DNA from: Prochlorococcus sp. AG-673-L20
GTDB taxonomy: Bacteria; Cyanobacteriota; Cyanobacteriia; PCC-6307; Cyanobiaceae
Direction: 5' to 3'
Assembly (NCBI GenBank): GCA_003211135.1
Contig: QCTN01000007.1
Location: 200 to 64,199, forward strand
DNA length: 64,000 nucleotides
Shown piece after piece: positions 51,520 through 63,464 of this stretch. How positions within the stretch are numbered: position 1 is the first letter of the stretch; each line of letters opens with the position of its first letter. Under the pieces are notes generated by a model. It did no database searches. It worked only from the letters and a program-made list of their open reading frames with translations, and had not been told where the DNA came from. The translations under genes were made by a program, and so were the position numbers.

Positions 51520-52815
51520 TTAAATACTTAACTTATCCCATATTACATTTAAATTGTTGAGGTGAATTGAGGGGTCAAAGCATACCTTTAAATCATTCTC
51601 AGAAACTAATGTCATTATCTCTTCGTCCCCCTCAATATTTTCTTTGAAGTTACCATTCTCATTATTCCAAGCTTGATGAGCACTTTTTTGTACCAAGCTA
51701 TAAGCCTTTTCCCTAGACATACCCTTTTCAACAAGTAAAAGTAAAACTTTCTGACTAAAAATCACTCCCCCATATATATTTAAATTTTTGAGCATATTGT
51801 CCGGATAAACTTTTAAATTATTTATAATTTCTTTCATTTCTCTAAGCATAAAATGTAGGCATATAGATACATCGGGTAACATGATACGCTCATTAGAACT
51901 ATGGCTAATATCTCTCTCGTGCCAAAGCGGAACATTCTCAAGAGCTGTTACAACATAACTCCTCAAAATTCTAGATAAACCGCTAACCCTTTCACTACGA
52001 ATAGGGTTTCTTTTATGAGGCATAGCTGAGCTTCCTTTTTGCCCTTTTGAAAATCCTTCTTCGACTTCTAAAACATCTGTTCTCTGAAGGTTCCTTATCT
52101 CAGTAGCAAACCTATCAAGTGAAGCTCCTATCAACGCTATTGTTTGAACATATTCAGCATGTCTATCTCTTGATATAACCTGAGTACTTGCTGTATCTGG
52201 TTTTAAACCCAGCAACTCGCATGTAATTTTTTCTATTTCTGGGTTTGTATTAGCGTAAGTTCCCATTGCTCCACTTATTTGTCCAATGGAAATAGATTCT
52301 TTAAGGATTAATAATCTTTTTTTATCTCTTAATATTTCTGCTAACCATCCTGCCAATTTAAATCCAAACGAAATAGGCTCTCCGTGAATTGCATGGGATC
52401 TCCCAATCATTAAAGTGTTTTTATGCTGTCTTGCTAATGATCTGACCTCATTTTCTAGTTTTTCAATTTCCTCTAATAACAATTCGCAGGAATCTTTTAG
52501 CTGTAATGATAGGCCTGTATCAAGGACATCGCTGCTAGTCATTCCAACATGAATGTATCTTCCGGAATCTCCAACATATTCATTGATATTTGTTAGAAAT
52601 GCAATTACATCATGTTTTACTTCTTTCTCGATTTCTTTAATTCTTGATTCTTCAAATTTTGCATTTAAACGAATTTCTTTTAACGCAGCTTCAGGCATTT
52701 TTCCAAGAGAACAATTTGCCTCGCATGCTGCAATTTCAACTTTAAGCCAACTCTGGAATTTTGCATTTTCAGTCCAGATTCTTCCCATTTCGGGTAATGT
52801 GTAACGTTCAATCAC
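51520..52815 (-). CDS. purB: Adenylosuccinate lyase (GTG start)
   Basis: IERY, HDVIAF, TSSD, SSAMPHKRNP, HERDISHS. Confidence 0.98.
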   Translation of the reverse strand: MIERYTLPEMGRIWTENAKFQSWLKVEIAACEANCSLGKMPEAALKEIRLNAKFEESRIKEIEKEVKHDVIAFLTNINEYVGDSGRYIHVGMTSSDVLDTGLSLQLKDSCELLLEEIEKLENEVRSLARQHKNTLMIGRSHAIHGEPISFGFKLAGWLAEILRDKKRLLILKESISIGQISGAMGTYANTNPEIEKITCELLGLKPDTASTQVISRDRHAEYVQTIALIGASLDRFATEIRNLQRTDVLEVEEGFSKGQKGSSAMPHKRNPIRSERVSGLSRILRSYVVTALENVPLWHERDISHSSNERIMLPDVSICLHFMLREMKEIINNLKVYPDNMLKNLNIYGGVIFSQKVLLLLVEKGMSREKAYSLVQKSAHQAWNNENGNFKENIEGDEEIMTLVSENDLKVCFDPSIHLNNLNVIWDKLSI

Positions 52816-53107
52816 AATTTTTAAACATCTTCAATTTAAACTTTATAACTAAAAACTCATAATTGCTCTATACGTAAAAGTTCTACTTGCCATTGAACAT
52901 ATTTGTATAAGTATTATTGTCATAAATAAAAGCTTTTGGATTTGTAAATATCAATTCATTTTGAAAAATGTCTAAATCTTGCGATTGGATTATCTTTATA
53001 AATAGTAGGTATTTTGTTTTTAATAAATTTTAAATTAGTATTATGTTTCAAAAATATAATTTGAAAATAGCCAGTAATTATTTTTTAAAGTTACCTTTTT
53101 AGAATAA

Positions 53108-53920
53108 ATGATTAAAAAAAGTAGGCTAGATCTTTATCTTATTTACAAAGGTTTATGCGAGACTCGTCAGAAAGCACAGGGGCTAATTCTTGCAGGAAAG
53201 GTTAAAGATATCAATGGTAAGATTTTCGATAAACCTGGTCAACAAGTTTTAATAGGAACTGAATTTATTATTGAATCGGAACCTCAATTTGTATCGAGAG
53301 GAGGAGAAAAATTACTGGAGGCTTTTAAAAAATTAAAGATTAATGTTAAAGATAGAGTTTGTATAGATGCAGGAATTTCTACTGGAGGATTTACTGATTG
53401 CTTGTTGCAACATGGGGCGAAAATGGTTTATGGGATAGATGTTGGTTATGGTCAAACGGCTTGGAAAATAAGGAAAAATCCAAAAGTGAAACTCTTTGAA
53501 AGATCAAATATTAGAAATTTAAAGCCTTTAGATATCTATTCTGAAGAAAGTTTATTACCAAATTTTGTTGTAGCGGATTTATCTTTTATTTCACTAAAGT
53601 TAGTTTTTCAATCTATAAATAATTTATTATCAGGAGATTTTATAGAGGGAATATTTCTTATTAAACCTCAATTTGAAGTAGGGAAAGATCGAGTAAGTAA
53701 AGGGGGCGTTGTAAGAAAGGCTGAATATCATATTGAGGCTATTGAGTCAGTTATTAATGCAGCAAATCAATTACAATGGAATATTAGAGGTCTTGTAGCC
53801 TCGCCTTTAGTTGGGCCTGCAGGAAATCATGAATATCTGGCTTGGATGTCTAAGTTTGGGATTTCTAATCCAATAATAAATACTAAATTTATAGAAAATT
53901 TAGTAAAAGAAACTCTTTAA
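53108..53920 (+). CDS. tlyA: TlyA family rRNA 2'-O-methyltransferase
   Basis: RLD (S4), VSRGGEKL, DAGISTGGFTD, DLSFIS, KPQFE, GNHE. Confidence 0.93.
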   Translation: MIKKSRLDLYLIYKGLCETRQKAQGLILAGKVKDINGKIFDKPGQQVLIGTEFIIESEPQFVSRGGEKLLEAFKKLKINVKDRVCIDAGISTGGFTDCLLQHGAKMVYGIDVGYGQTAWKIRKNPKVKLFERSNIRNLKPLDIYSEESLLPNFVVADLSFISLKLVFQSINNLLSGDFIEGIFLIKPQFEVGKDRVSKGGVVRKAEYHIEAIESVINAANQLQWNIRGLVASPLVGPAGNHEYLAWMSKFGISNPIINTKFIENLVKETL

Positions 53921-54277
<357 letters not shown>

Positions 54278-54283
54278 TTAATT

Positions 54284-54529
54284 TTAATTCTTTTTCTGAA
54301 AAACATCTAGCATTGAGACTCCAGAAAATGATTTGATATTTAGACCTGCGCTAATTGCATCATTAACTAGTAACTTAGAGTTTTCTTTTGAAATTATTAC
54401 TTGATTATTTGATAACGCCTCCCATTGATTATCTTCAAAATGCGTTTGGAGCCATAACATTCCAATAATACTAGTTGGTTTAAGAGATTTATTTGAATTG
54501 TTGTCTATATCAACTAAACAGATATCCAT
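54284..54529 (-). CDS. Conserved hypothetical protein upstream of glnB
   Basis: 81-aa ORF with P.S..GMLWLQTHFE...W motif; co-oriented 24 nt before glnB. Confidence 0.8.
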   Translation of the reverse strand: MDICLVDIDNNSNKSLKPTSIIGMLWLQTHFEDNQWEALSNNQVIISKENSKLLVNDAISAGLNIKSFSGVSMLDVFQKKN

Positions 54530-54578
54530 AAGTTTTTAGAAACTAAATACATCTAAACCTTTTTAATGACCTTAGGAT

Positions 54579-54594
54579 TGTTACCGTTGATACA
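54579..54594 (-). promoter_or_regulatory. Putative NtcA box upstream of the hypothetical-glnB unit
   Basis: Minus strand TGTATCAACGGTAACA (TGT-N10-ACA; GTA-N8-AAC), about 50 nt upstream of the start codon. Confidence 0.65.
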
Positions 54595-54720
54595 AAACAA
54601 AATTTTATATCCCTTGACTTATTGATTTGTAATACTTGAGTATATTTTTAATTTTTTGAGAATTATTAGCTTTTTTTATGGTTTTTTATATAGTTTTAAT
54701 AAAGGTGATTTTGAAAAAAA

Positions 54721-55131
54721 ATGAGTACAGCTAATTTACATGATGCGACCAATAAGCCCTTATACGGCGAAAGACTAATAGAAGAATCAAAAATTATTTG
54801 TTTTGAAAATCCAAATAAAAAAAGAATTTATGAAATTTCAATTGAATTACCTGAATTTACGTGTAAGTGCCCATTTTCAGGTTATCCAGATTTTGCAAAA
54901 TTAAATATTTTTTACCAGCCTAAGATGAAAGTATATGAGTTGAAATCCTTAAAACTTTATATTAATAACTTTAGAGATCTCAAAATATCACATGAAGAAG
55001 TGGTTAACAGAATTATGGATGATCTCTTAAATGCAGCTGCGCCGCACTGGATTCATTTAAATGCTGATTTTAATCCTAGAGGAAACGTCTCTATGAAATT
55101 AGATATCTATAGTGGACAGAAAAGAAATTAA
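54721..55131 (+). CDS. queF: NADPH-dependent preQ0 reductase
   Basis: [32 protein letters not shown]. Confidence 0.96.
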   Translation: MSTANLHDATNKPLYGERLIEESKIICFENPNKKRIYEISIELPEFTCKCPFSGYPDFAKLNIFYQPKMKVYELKSLKLYINNFRDLKISHEEVVNRIMDDLLNAAAPHWIHLNADFNPRGNVSMKLDIYSGQKRN

Positions 55132-56414
55132 TTATTCTTGATCTCATCTGATAACTTTAGAAATTCCTTTTTAAAACCTAAAAGATTTTTATTACTTAAG
55201 CCACCAATAAATAATTTATTTGTATTTTCATTAAATAAAATCCATATTTGGTTTGTGGGAATAAGACTAAAGATTGTTCCCAAAATTATTAAAGTGAAGG
55301 ATAAATAAATAAATGGAATTGAAGGATCATTTTTAATAATTAAACCACTACTAGGAATTATTCTTTTTAAAGATATTGTTGAAGAATTAATTTCTAATGG
55401 ATTATTATTTAAATAAAGAAAATTTTCAGAAAAATCTTCAATATTTGAGACTTTAAGTGGACCATTTTCATTATCAATAGTTAAAAGATAATTTTTTTTA
55501 TTTTCTCTACCCAATTCAATTAAAAGCCCCCATATTTGATCTCCTATCTCAGGAATAGGCTTTAGTTGGAGTTGGTAAAGAACAGTATCAATTTCCACAA
55601 CAATATTTGAAACAGACCAATCCGCTTGATAAATAGTTAAACCTTTGAATCTGATAGGTTGATTTACTTGAGTTGTTTTTATTTCATTCAAATTTTGTTG
55701 TTTCGAAAAAAATTCTAAATTTGAAATAAATTGCTTTGGTTTACCATCACTTTCACGTTCAATAAAAAAGTTTTTTAATTTTATTTTTACTTTTGAATTT
55801 GTACTCTCATTTATTAAATCTAAACTTTCTCCTAATCTCAAATATTGTTCTTTAGATTGGCTGCTGAAATTTCCGTATGCAGAACCGATCAGTAAAATAA
55901 TTAACCCTATATGTACAATTATAGGTCCAAGTTTCCCCACTAAGCCTTTTCTTGCCGATAAGCGATTTTCAAATTTGGAAATGTTCCAACCTTTTTTTCT
56001 AAGTAAAGAATCAGCTTTTAAAATGTGATCTGCATCTTGGGTTATTTTGTAATTAGTTATTAATTCGAGTTTGTAGAATTTTTTTTCATCTTTATAGTCA
56101 GTCCATTTTAATGCCGCTTTTAAAGACGGTATTTGCCTCCTAAAGCTGCAAGCTGCAAGAGAAATACAAAGTAGTATTAATGAAAATAAAAACCAATTAC
56201 TTGTATAAATATGATCTAATTGGAGTCTTACAACTTGAGATCCATTAATAAATCCCAATATTGGCGTTTCGTTATAGAAATCAATATACTCTTGTTGATC
56301 ATTTCCTTGAGGTATAAACGTTCCAACTCCACTTGAAATGGCAATGAAAATTATTAATAGTATTGCAAATCTTAAACTTGATATCTTTAGAATAAATTTC
56401 TTAAAAATAACCAT
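55128..56414 (-). CDS. ccsB: Cytochrome c biogenesis protein Ccs1/CcsB (ResB family)
   Basis: SSLRFAI, GTFIPQ, Y...WF, CS.RRQ, GPIIVH, YQADW. Confidence 0.93.
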   Translation of the reverse strand: MVIFKKFILKISSLRFAILLIIFIAISSGVGTFIPQGNDQQEYIDFYNETPILGFINGSQVVRLQLDHIYTSNWFLFSLILLCISLAACSFRRQIPSLKAALKWTDYKDEKKFYKLELITNYKITQDADHILKADSLLRKKGWNISKFENRLSARKGLVGKLGPIIVHIGLIILLIGSAYGNFSSQSKEQYLRLGESLDLINESTNSKVKIKLKNFFIERESDGKPKQFISNLEFFSKQQNLNEIKTTQVNQPIRFKGLTIYQADWSVSNIVVEIDTVLYQLQLKPIPEIGDQIWGLLIELGRENKKNYLLTIDNENGPLKVSNIEDFSENFLYLNNNPLEINSSTISLKRIIPSSGLIIKNDPSIPFIYLSFTLIILGTIFSLIPTNQIWILFNENTNKLFIGGLSNKNLLGFKKEFLKLSDEIKNN

Positions 56415-57071
56415 TTAGATCCAATTTGAAATTAAATTTAGAATCCCTAGCGAAACTAAAAATACCCCACTTAAAGTAGGAATTATTTGACTATATTTTC
56501 TGAGTTCTAGAAACTGCTTTAAATTTTCAGTTGTCGCTCCTGCAAGGATTAATGGTGTTACTTGACCAAGGCCAAAGAAGAATAAAAAAATTATTGAAAT
56601 TGCAGGGTTTTTTGCTTGTGATACCCATGCTAAGAGTGTAGCCAGTACTGGAGTAATACAAGGTGAAGAGGCAAGACCGAAAGCTCCACCTATTACAAAA
56701 GGAGTAATTATAGAAGGCACCTTATCTTCCATAAATTGCAAATCGGGCCCATTAGGTAATTGGAATTTTAAAATTCCTAATAAGTTTAAGCCCATAATAA
56801 TTGCTATTAAAGCTACTAAAGATGCGTAGTAAGAAGGCAATTGTCCATATATTTTTCCTAAGAATCCGCTTAAGGCACCCAATGTAATAAGGGAAAAAAT
56901 TACCCCTCCAGAAAAACTAATAAGTTTAAACTTATTATTCCTAGTTCCACCCACATAAGCAATTGTGATTGGTAGTAAAGATAATGAACATGGACCAAGA
57001 CTTGTTAAAAGGCCTGCAGTAAAAACTAAAAATATGGTAAGTGGGCCTGGATTATTAAGCCCTTGCTCCAT
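56415..57071 (-). CDS. ccdA: Cytochrome c biogenesis protein CcdA (true start possibly upstream)
   Basis: TSLGPCSLSLLP and SPCITPVL redox Cys motifs; multiple TM helices. Confidence 0.93.
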   Translation of the reverse strand: MEQGLNNPGPLTIFLVFTAGLLTSLGPCSLSLLPITIAYVGGTRNNKFKLISFSGGVIFSLITLGALSGFLGKIYGQLPSYYASLVALIAIIMGLNLLGILKFQLPNGPDLQFMEDKVPSIITPFVIGGAFGLASSPCITPVLATLLAWVSQAKNPAISIIFLFFFGLGQVTPLILAGATTENLKQFLELRKYSQIIPTLSGVFLVSLGILNLISNWI

Positions 57072-57154
57072 TAGTAAATTACCCTTTTGAGCTAATTCTG
57101 AAATAAATAAATTAATTGAGGCGATAATAGGAGTCTAAATCTTCTAAATTCTAA

Positions 57155-58384
57155 CTAATTAAGAGACTTTCGTGTACTAATCATGCCTATATAACCAGTT
57201 GATTCCAGTGAACACCTTAACAACATTCCGATCACAAAAAATGAGGATAATAAGGAATTTCCCCCGTAACTTACAAAAGGTAATGGTAATCCAGTTGTGG
57301 GCATTGTTCCTGTTGCCACAGCTATATGCATTATAGATTGACCTATAAGTAAGGTTACGCATCCAATAGCAACTAACTTTGTATAATTATTCCTACACTT
57401 TATTGCGATTCTTAAGCTTACATAAGAAAAAAGAACTAAAAAGCCCAACAATAATGTTGACCCTAATAAACCAAATTCTTCTGCAAAAATAGCAAAAATG
57501 AAATCTGTGCTTTGAATTGGTAAATATTGTAATTTTTGTGTAGAGAGGCCAAATCCTTGTCCAAATAATCCTCCAGAACCTATCGCTAGCAAACTCTGAA
57601 TTAATTGATAGCCATCGCCCTCTGCATCTTTCCACGGATCTATGAATGATATAACTCTTAGCTTTTGATACTCATTACTCAAAATACTAATACAACCACT
57701 TAAAACTCCTAATGAAGCTACTGATAAGAGTGAACTGAATTTAACTCCCCCACATAAACCCATCACCCAAAAAAGAATTCCTGTTAAACCTGCGGTACTT
57801 AAATTGGGCTGCTTCATTATTAGTAAAATTAAAAACCCAAAGGTGCTTAATGAAATAATTTTTCTATTATTTTTAACTAAATTCCAATGTGCAAATAAGT
57901 TGGCTGCTTCCAAAATTGAAAAAGGTTTAATTAATTCAGACGGTTGAATTTGTAGAGGACCTAGAATTAACCATCTTGAAGAACCGTTAACTGTACTGCC
58001 AAAGAATATTGTTAAAATTATCAAGAAAATTAAGAAGTAAAAAATAATTTTTGAAATTTTTAAAAGATCTCTAATATTTGTATTTAAAACAAAATAAAAA
58101 AAAGTTAATCCAGGAATACACCAAATAATTTGTCTTTTTAAATAATAAGCCCAATCCCCCATTTCCTTGCTAGCGACCCACCAACTAGCAGAACCAAGAA
58201 TAAATAAACCTAAAATAGACCAAATACCAATCAAAATAAGTAGAAGTTTTCCTTCATAAGGCCAAATTTTCCAAGGTATAGGTAAGAAATTGTCCCTTAA
58301 ATAGTTGGGGTTGTTTATGGAATCAAAAGTTCTATTTCTTTTAAAATCACTCTTATATTTTGTAGCTGATTTACTTATCTCCAA
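57155..58384 (-). CDS. ftsW: SEDS family peptidoglycan polymerase FtsW
   Basis: NGSSRW, QPSELIK, QPNLST, GYQL.QS, TDFIFA, PFVSYGG. Confidence 0.93.
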   Translation of the reverse strand: MEISKSATKYKSDFKRNRTFDSINNPNYLRDNFLPIPWKIWPYEGKLLLILIGIWSILGLFILGSASWWVASKEMGDWAYYLKRQIIWCIPGLTFFYFVLNTNIRDLLKISKIIFYFLIFLIILTIFFGSTVNGSSRWLILGPLQIQPSELIKPFSILEAANLFAHWNLVKNNRKIISLSTFGFLILLIMKQPNLSTAGLTGILFWVMGLCGGVKFSSLLSVASLGVLSGCISILSNEYQKLRVISFIDPWKDAEGDGYQLIQSLLAIGSGGLFGQGFGLSTQKLQYLPIQSTDFIFAIFAEEFGLLGSTLLLGFLVLFSYVSLRIAIKCRNNYTKLVAIGCVTLLIGQSIMHIAVATGTMPTTGLPLPFVSYGGNSLLSSFFVIGMLLRCSLESTGYIGMISTRKSLN

Positions 58385-58651
58385 TTTAAAGTTTGTAGAT
58401 ATACTATTGAGACGTTAAATGACTACTTTGCCAAGTCTTTATGCTCCTTTTTGAGTGAATTTGAGTTTTTAGATTTTGATTAATAAAACTAAATTTATTT
58501 TTAGTTTTTCAAAAACATATAAATCAAATATCACAAATCTTAAGAATTAGGACTTTAAACAAAATATTCCTAGCTAAAAGGCCCCTCCCCATGATAGATT
58601 CCGTGGGTTTATATACTTACTTAAATCTGTATAGAGGGGGTTTTCTAAATT

Positions 58652-59131
58652 ATGTTCACATCTGTGGACTCAAATAGAAAAAAAGTTGTTGAGCATCTTC
58701 CTGGTAAGAATGTTCATGATTCCCCTACCCAGGGTAATTCTTTCATTAATAAAATTAAATTTGTTTTTGCAAGTCAATTTCAAAAATTATTTTTAAATAA
58801 TGATGAATACACTAAATTGCAAATAACAATTTTTGGTATTACTTTTATCGTTGCCATTTTAATGGCTTCTATAACAGGAATTATAATTGGATATACTTTT
58901 GGTTTTAGTGTTTTTATAGGTGCCATTGCAGGTATTTTTTACTTACGTTTGCTCGCTAAAAGCATCGGAAAAATAGGGAAAGAATCTAATGGGGTTTCTA
59001 AATTGCAACTATTGGTTCCAGTTTGTCTCTTTCTTTTTGCAAGCAAGCTAGGATCCTTAGATATTTTTCCAGCAATGATAGGCTTTTTTATCTATAAGCC
59101 TTCTCTTATATTTTATTTCTCACGTTCTTAA
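58652..59131 (+). CDS. atp1: ATP synthase protein I (Atp1)
   Basis: Four TM helices, YLRLLA and GF..YK motifs; first gene of the atp operon; start uncertain. Confidence 0.85.
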   Translation: MFTSVDSNRKKVVEHLPGKNVHDSPTQGNSFINKIKFVFASQFQKLFLNNDEYTKLQITIFGITFIVAILMASITGIIIGYTFGFSVFIGAIAGIFYLRLLAKSIGKIGKESNGVSKLQLLVPVCLFLFASKLGSLDIFPAMIGFFIYKPSLIFYFSRS

Positions 59132-59176
59132 ATAAATTTTGCTTTCCAAAATTTATTAATTTTTATTCAAATCAAA

Positions 59177-59902
59177 ATGTTCTTAAACTCCTTGCCAACA
59201 AATTTTGCCGCATTAGAAGTAGGTCAACATCTTTATTGGCAAATTGGAAATATAAGACTTCACGGACAGGTTTTTTTAACTTCTTGGATCCTATTAGGTG
59301 CTTTATTAGTTTTCATCTCTTTAGGTACAAAAAAAATGGAAAATGATCCTAAGGGATTGCAGAATTTACTTGAATTTTTATGGGACTACATCAGAGATCT
59401 TGCCAGAACTCAAATTGGTGAAAAAGTATACAGAGATTGGATGCCTTTTATAGGAACTCTATTTTTATTTGTGTTTGTAAGTAATTGGGGAGGAGCGCTT
59501 ATACCTTGGAGATTAATAAAATTACCAAGTGGAGAATTAGGAGCCCCAACAGCTGATATTAATACAACGATTGCATTGGCATTGTTAGTTTCTCTATCTT
59601 ATTTCTATGCTGGGCTTAGTAATAAGGGTTGGAGATATTTTGAATATTATGTTCATCCAACACCGATAATGTTGCCTTTTAAAATTCTAGAAGACTTTAC
59701 TAAACCTTTATCTTTATCCTTTAGGCTTTTTGGAAATATTCTTGCTGATGAACTTGTTGTTGGTGTTTTGGTTTTTCTGGTTCCCTTGGTTTTACCCATT
59801 CCTGTAATGTTTCTAGGGTTGTTCACAAGTGCAATTCAAGCATTAATCTTTGCTACACTCGCTGCTTACTACATAGGAGAAGCCGTAGAAGAACATCATT
59901 AG
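59177..59902 (+). CDS. atpB: ATP synthase F0 subunit a (cyanobacterial atpI)
   Basis: [22 protein letters not shown]. Confidence 0.98.
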   Translation: MFLNSLPTNFAALEVGQHLYWQIGNIRLHGQVFLTSWILLGALLVFISLGTKKMENDPKGLQNLLEFLWDYIRDLARTQIGEKVYRDWMPFIGTLFLFVFVSNWGGALIPWRLIKLPSGELGAPTADINTTIALALLVSLSYFYAGLSNKGWRYFEYYVHPTPIMLPFKILEDFTKPLSLSFRLFGNILADELVVGVLVFLVPLVLPIPVMFLGLFTSAIQALIFATLAAYYIGEAVEEHH

Positions 59903-59959
59903 TTTCTCTTAAATACATTCAGACTCTTTTACAAAGGGCCTGTAATCTGGCAAAATATT

Positions 59960-60023
59960 TAATCGCGTAGGTCTGAAAAATTCAGACCCATTCTTAAAAA
60001 AAAAAGAATGTCCAAGCGTGTTA
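59960..60023 (+). ncRNA. ATPC RNA motif (cis-regulatory structure between subunit a and c genes)
   Basis: Three-way junction: CGCGT/GCGTG closing stem with hairpins GTCTGAA/TTCAGAC and CATTCTT/AAGAATG; position matches the known cyanobacterial ATPC motif. Confidence 0.85.
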
Positions 60024-60050
60024 GACAAAAAGATTTATCACAAGCATTAA

Positions 60051-60314
<264 letters not shown>

Positions 60315-60382
60315 AAGTTAATGTTGCTTTTAATTCTTATTAGCAATATTTAAATATAATTTTTTAATTTCAACTGAAACAT

Positions 60383-60844
60383 ATGTTGGCCTTTAATTTT
60401 TTTGGTGCTACTGAAGGTGGTTTATTTGATATAAATGCCACTTTGCCTCTTATGGCAATACAAGTAGTCGCTCTTACTTACATACTAAATTCTCTTTTTT
60501 TTAAGCCAGTAGGCAATGTTGTTGAAAAAAGAGAAAAATTTGTAAGTAACAATATTATGGATGCCAAAAATAAACTTTCAGAAGTTGAAAAATTAGAAGC
60601 TGATTTATTAAGTCAGCTTCAAAGCGCTCGCTCTGAAGCTCAAAAGATTGTGAGCGAAGCTGAGAATGAATCTGATAAGCTTTATAAAGAAGCTCTTGAA
60701 CTTGCTAATAATGAAGCAAACGCTTCCAAGGAAAAAGCAAGGTTAGAAATAGAAAATCAGACATCTTCAGCTCGTGACCAGCTTTTTAAGCAAGCTGATG
60801 ACCTAAGCGAACTTATTGTTAATAGATTAATTCTAGAAAAATGA
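60383..60844 (+). CDS. atpF2: ATP synthase F0 subunit b' (cyanobacterial atpG)
   Basis: [21 protein letters not shown], coiled coil. Confidence 0.95.
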   Translation: MLAFNFFGATEGGLFDINATLPLMAIQVVALTYILNSLFFKPVGNVVEKREKFVSNNIMDAKNKLSEVEKLEADLLSQLQSARSEAQKIVSEAENESDKLYKEALELANNEANASKEKARLEIENQTSSARDQLFKQADDLSELIVNRLILEK

Positions 60845-61353
60845 ATTTACCTCTTCTAGCTACAGAAGGTTTTGGATTAAATCTTAATTTATTCGAAACT
60901 AATGTTCTTAATTGGGCTGTAGTTGTTTTTGGCCTTTATAAATTTTTACCAGGCTTTCTAGGTAAAATGCTTCAAAAAAGAAGAGAGGGAATTCTTCTTG
61001 AATTAAAAGATGCAGAAGATCGACTTCTTAAGGCTACACAAGCTTTAGAGAAAGCAAAGACTGACTTATCTTTAGCAGAAGAAAAAGCTAGTCAAATAAA
61101 AGCAGATTCTCTTAAAAGATCTGAATCAATCAGGATGGAAAGTGAGAAAAAAGCCATTGAAGAGATGGCACGAATAAAACAAAGTGCAATCTCTGATGAA
61201 AGCTCAGAAGCCTCAAGAGCGATTTCTCAACTTCGTAAAGAAGCTGTTGAATTAGCTATTAAAAAAGCTTTAGATTCTCTACCAAATAGACTTGATCAAA
61301 CAACTCAAGAAAATTTGGTAACTCAATCCATAAACAATATTGAGATGAATTAA
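60841..61353 (+). CDS. atpF: ATP synthase F0 subunit b
   Basis: [14 protein letters not shown]; coiled coil. Confidence 0.96.
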   Translation: MNLPLLATEGFGLNLNLFETNVLNWAVVVFGLYKFLPGFLGKMLQKRREGILLELKDAEDRLLKATQALEKAKTDLSLAEEKASQIKADSLKRSESIRMESEKKAIEEMARIKQSAISDESSEASRAISQLRKEAVELAIKKALDSLPNRLDQTTQENLVTQSINNIEMN

Positions 61354-61895
61354 TGCCACTTTTAAATTCCGTTACTACCCCATACGCAGAAGCCTTACTT
61401 CAGGTTGTTAGTGAAAACGATCAAACTGAAGAAATGGTTAAGGAGGTAAAACAACTACTATCCTTAATAAATGATTCCCCTGATCTAGAAAAAACATTAT
61501 CTTCTCCAGTTTTAGAGACAGATACTAAGAAAAAAATAATAATTGAAATTTTTTCAGAAAAGATTAATTCTTCTCTTCTAAATTTTTTAAAACTATTAGC
61601 TGATAGGCAAAGAATTGGAATTGTAACTTCAATTCTCGATAGATTTTTAGAAATTTACAGAGAAAATAGTAATATTGCTTTGGCAACTGTTACTTCTGCT
61701 GTTGAGCTTACTGATGACCAAAAAGGTTTAATTACCAAAAAAATTATCAATATAGCTGGAACTGAAAAATTAGAACTTGTAACTAAAATCGACCCATCCC
61801 TCATTGGTGGTTTCGTCGCGAGTGTAGGATCTAAAGTAATTGATGCTAGTCTTGCCTCTCAAATTAGAAAGCTTGGTTTGTCACTATCCAAGTAA
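61353..61895 (+). CDS. atpH: ATP synthase F1 subunit delta (cyanobacterial atpD)
   Basis: PYAEAL, NFLKLLADRQR, DPSLIGG, IDAS. Confidence 0.97.
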   Translation: MPLLNSVTTPYAEALLQVVSENDQTEEMVKEVKQLLSLINDSPDLEKTLSSPVLETDTKKKIIIEIFSEKINSSLLNFLKLLADRQRIGIVTSILDRFLEIYRENSNIALATVTSAVELTDDQKGLITKKIINIAGTEKLELVTKIDPSLIGGFVASVGSKVIDASLASQIRKLGLSLSK

Positions 61896-61914
61896 ATTCA
61901 AAATCCAACCTTAA

Positions 61915-63444
<1,530 letters not shown>

Positions 63445-63464
63445 ATTTATTCTAAGGAGATATC

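Noticed and set aside
52816-53107. 292-nt purB/tlyA spacer as a possible sRNA or small-ORF locus
   Set aside because: No convincing ORF, stem or terminator seen; consistent with divergent promoters
55655-55670. Ccs1 VNQP instead of VNHP
   Set aside because: This position varies among Ccs1 proteins, and the conserved His after the third TM region (GPIIVH) is intact
58525-58536. 12-mer TTGTGATATTTG shared between the rpoB upstream region (27063-27074) and the ftsW/atp spacer (reverse strand)
   Set aside because: A few shared 12-mers are expected by chance among AT-rich spacers; only a CRP-like half site
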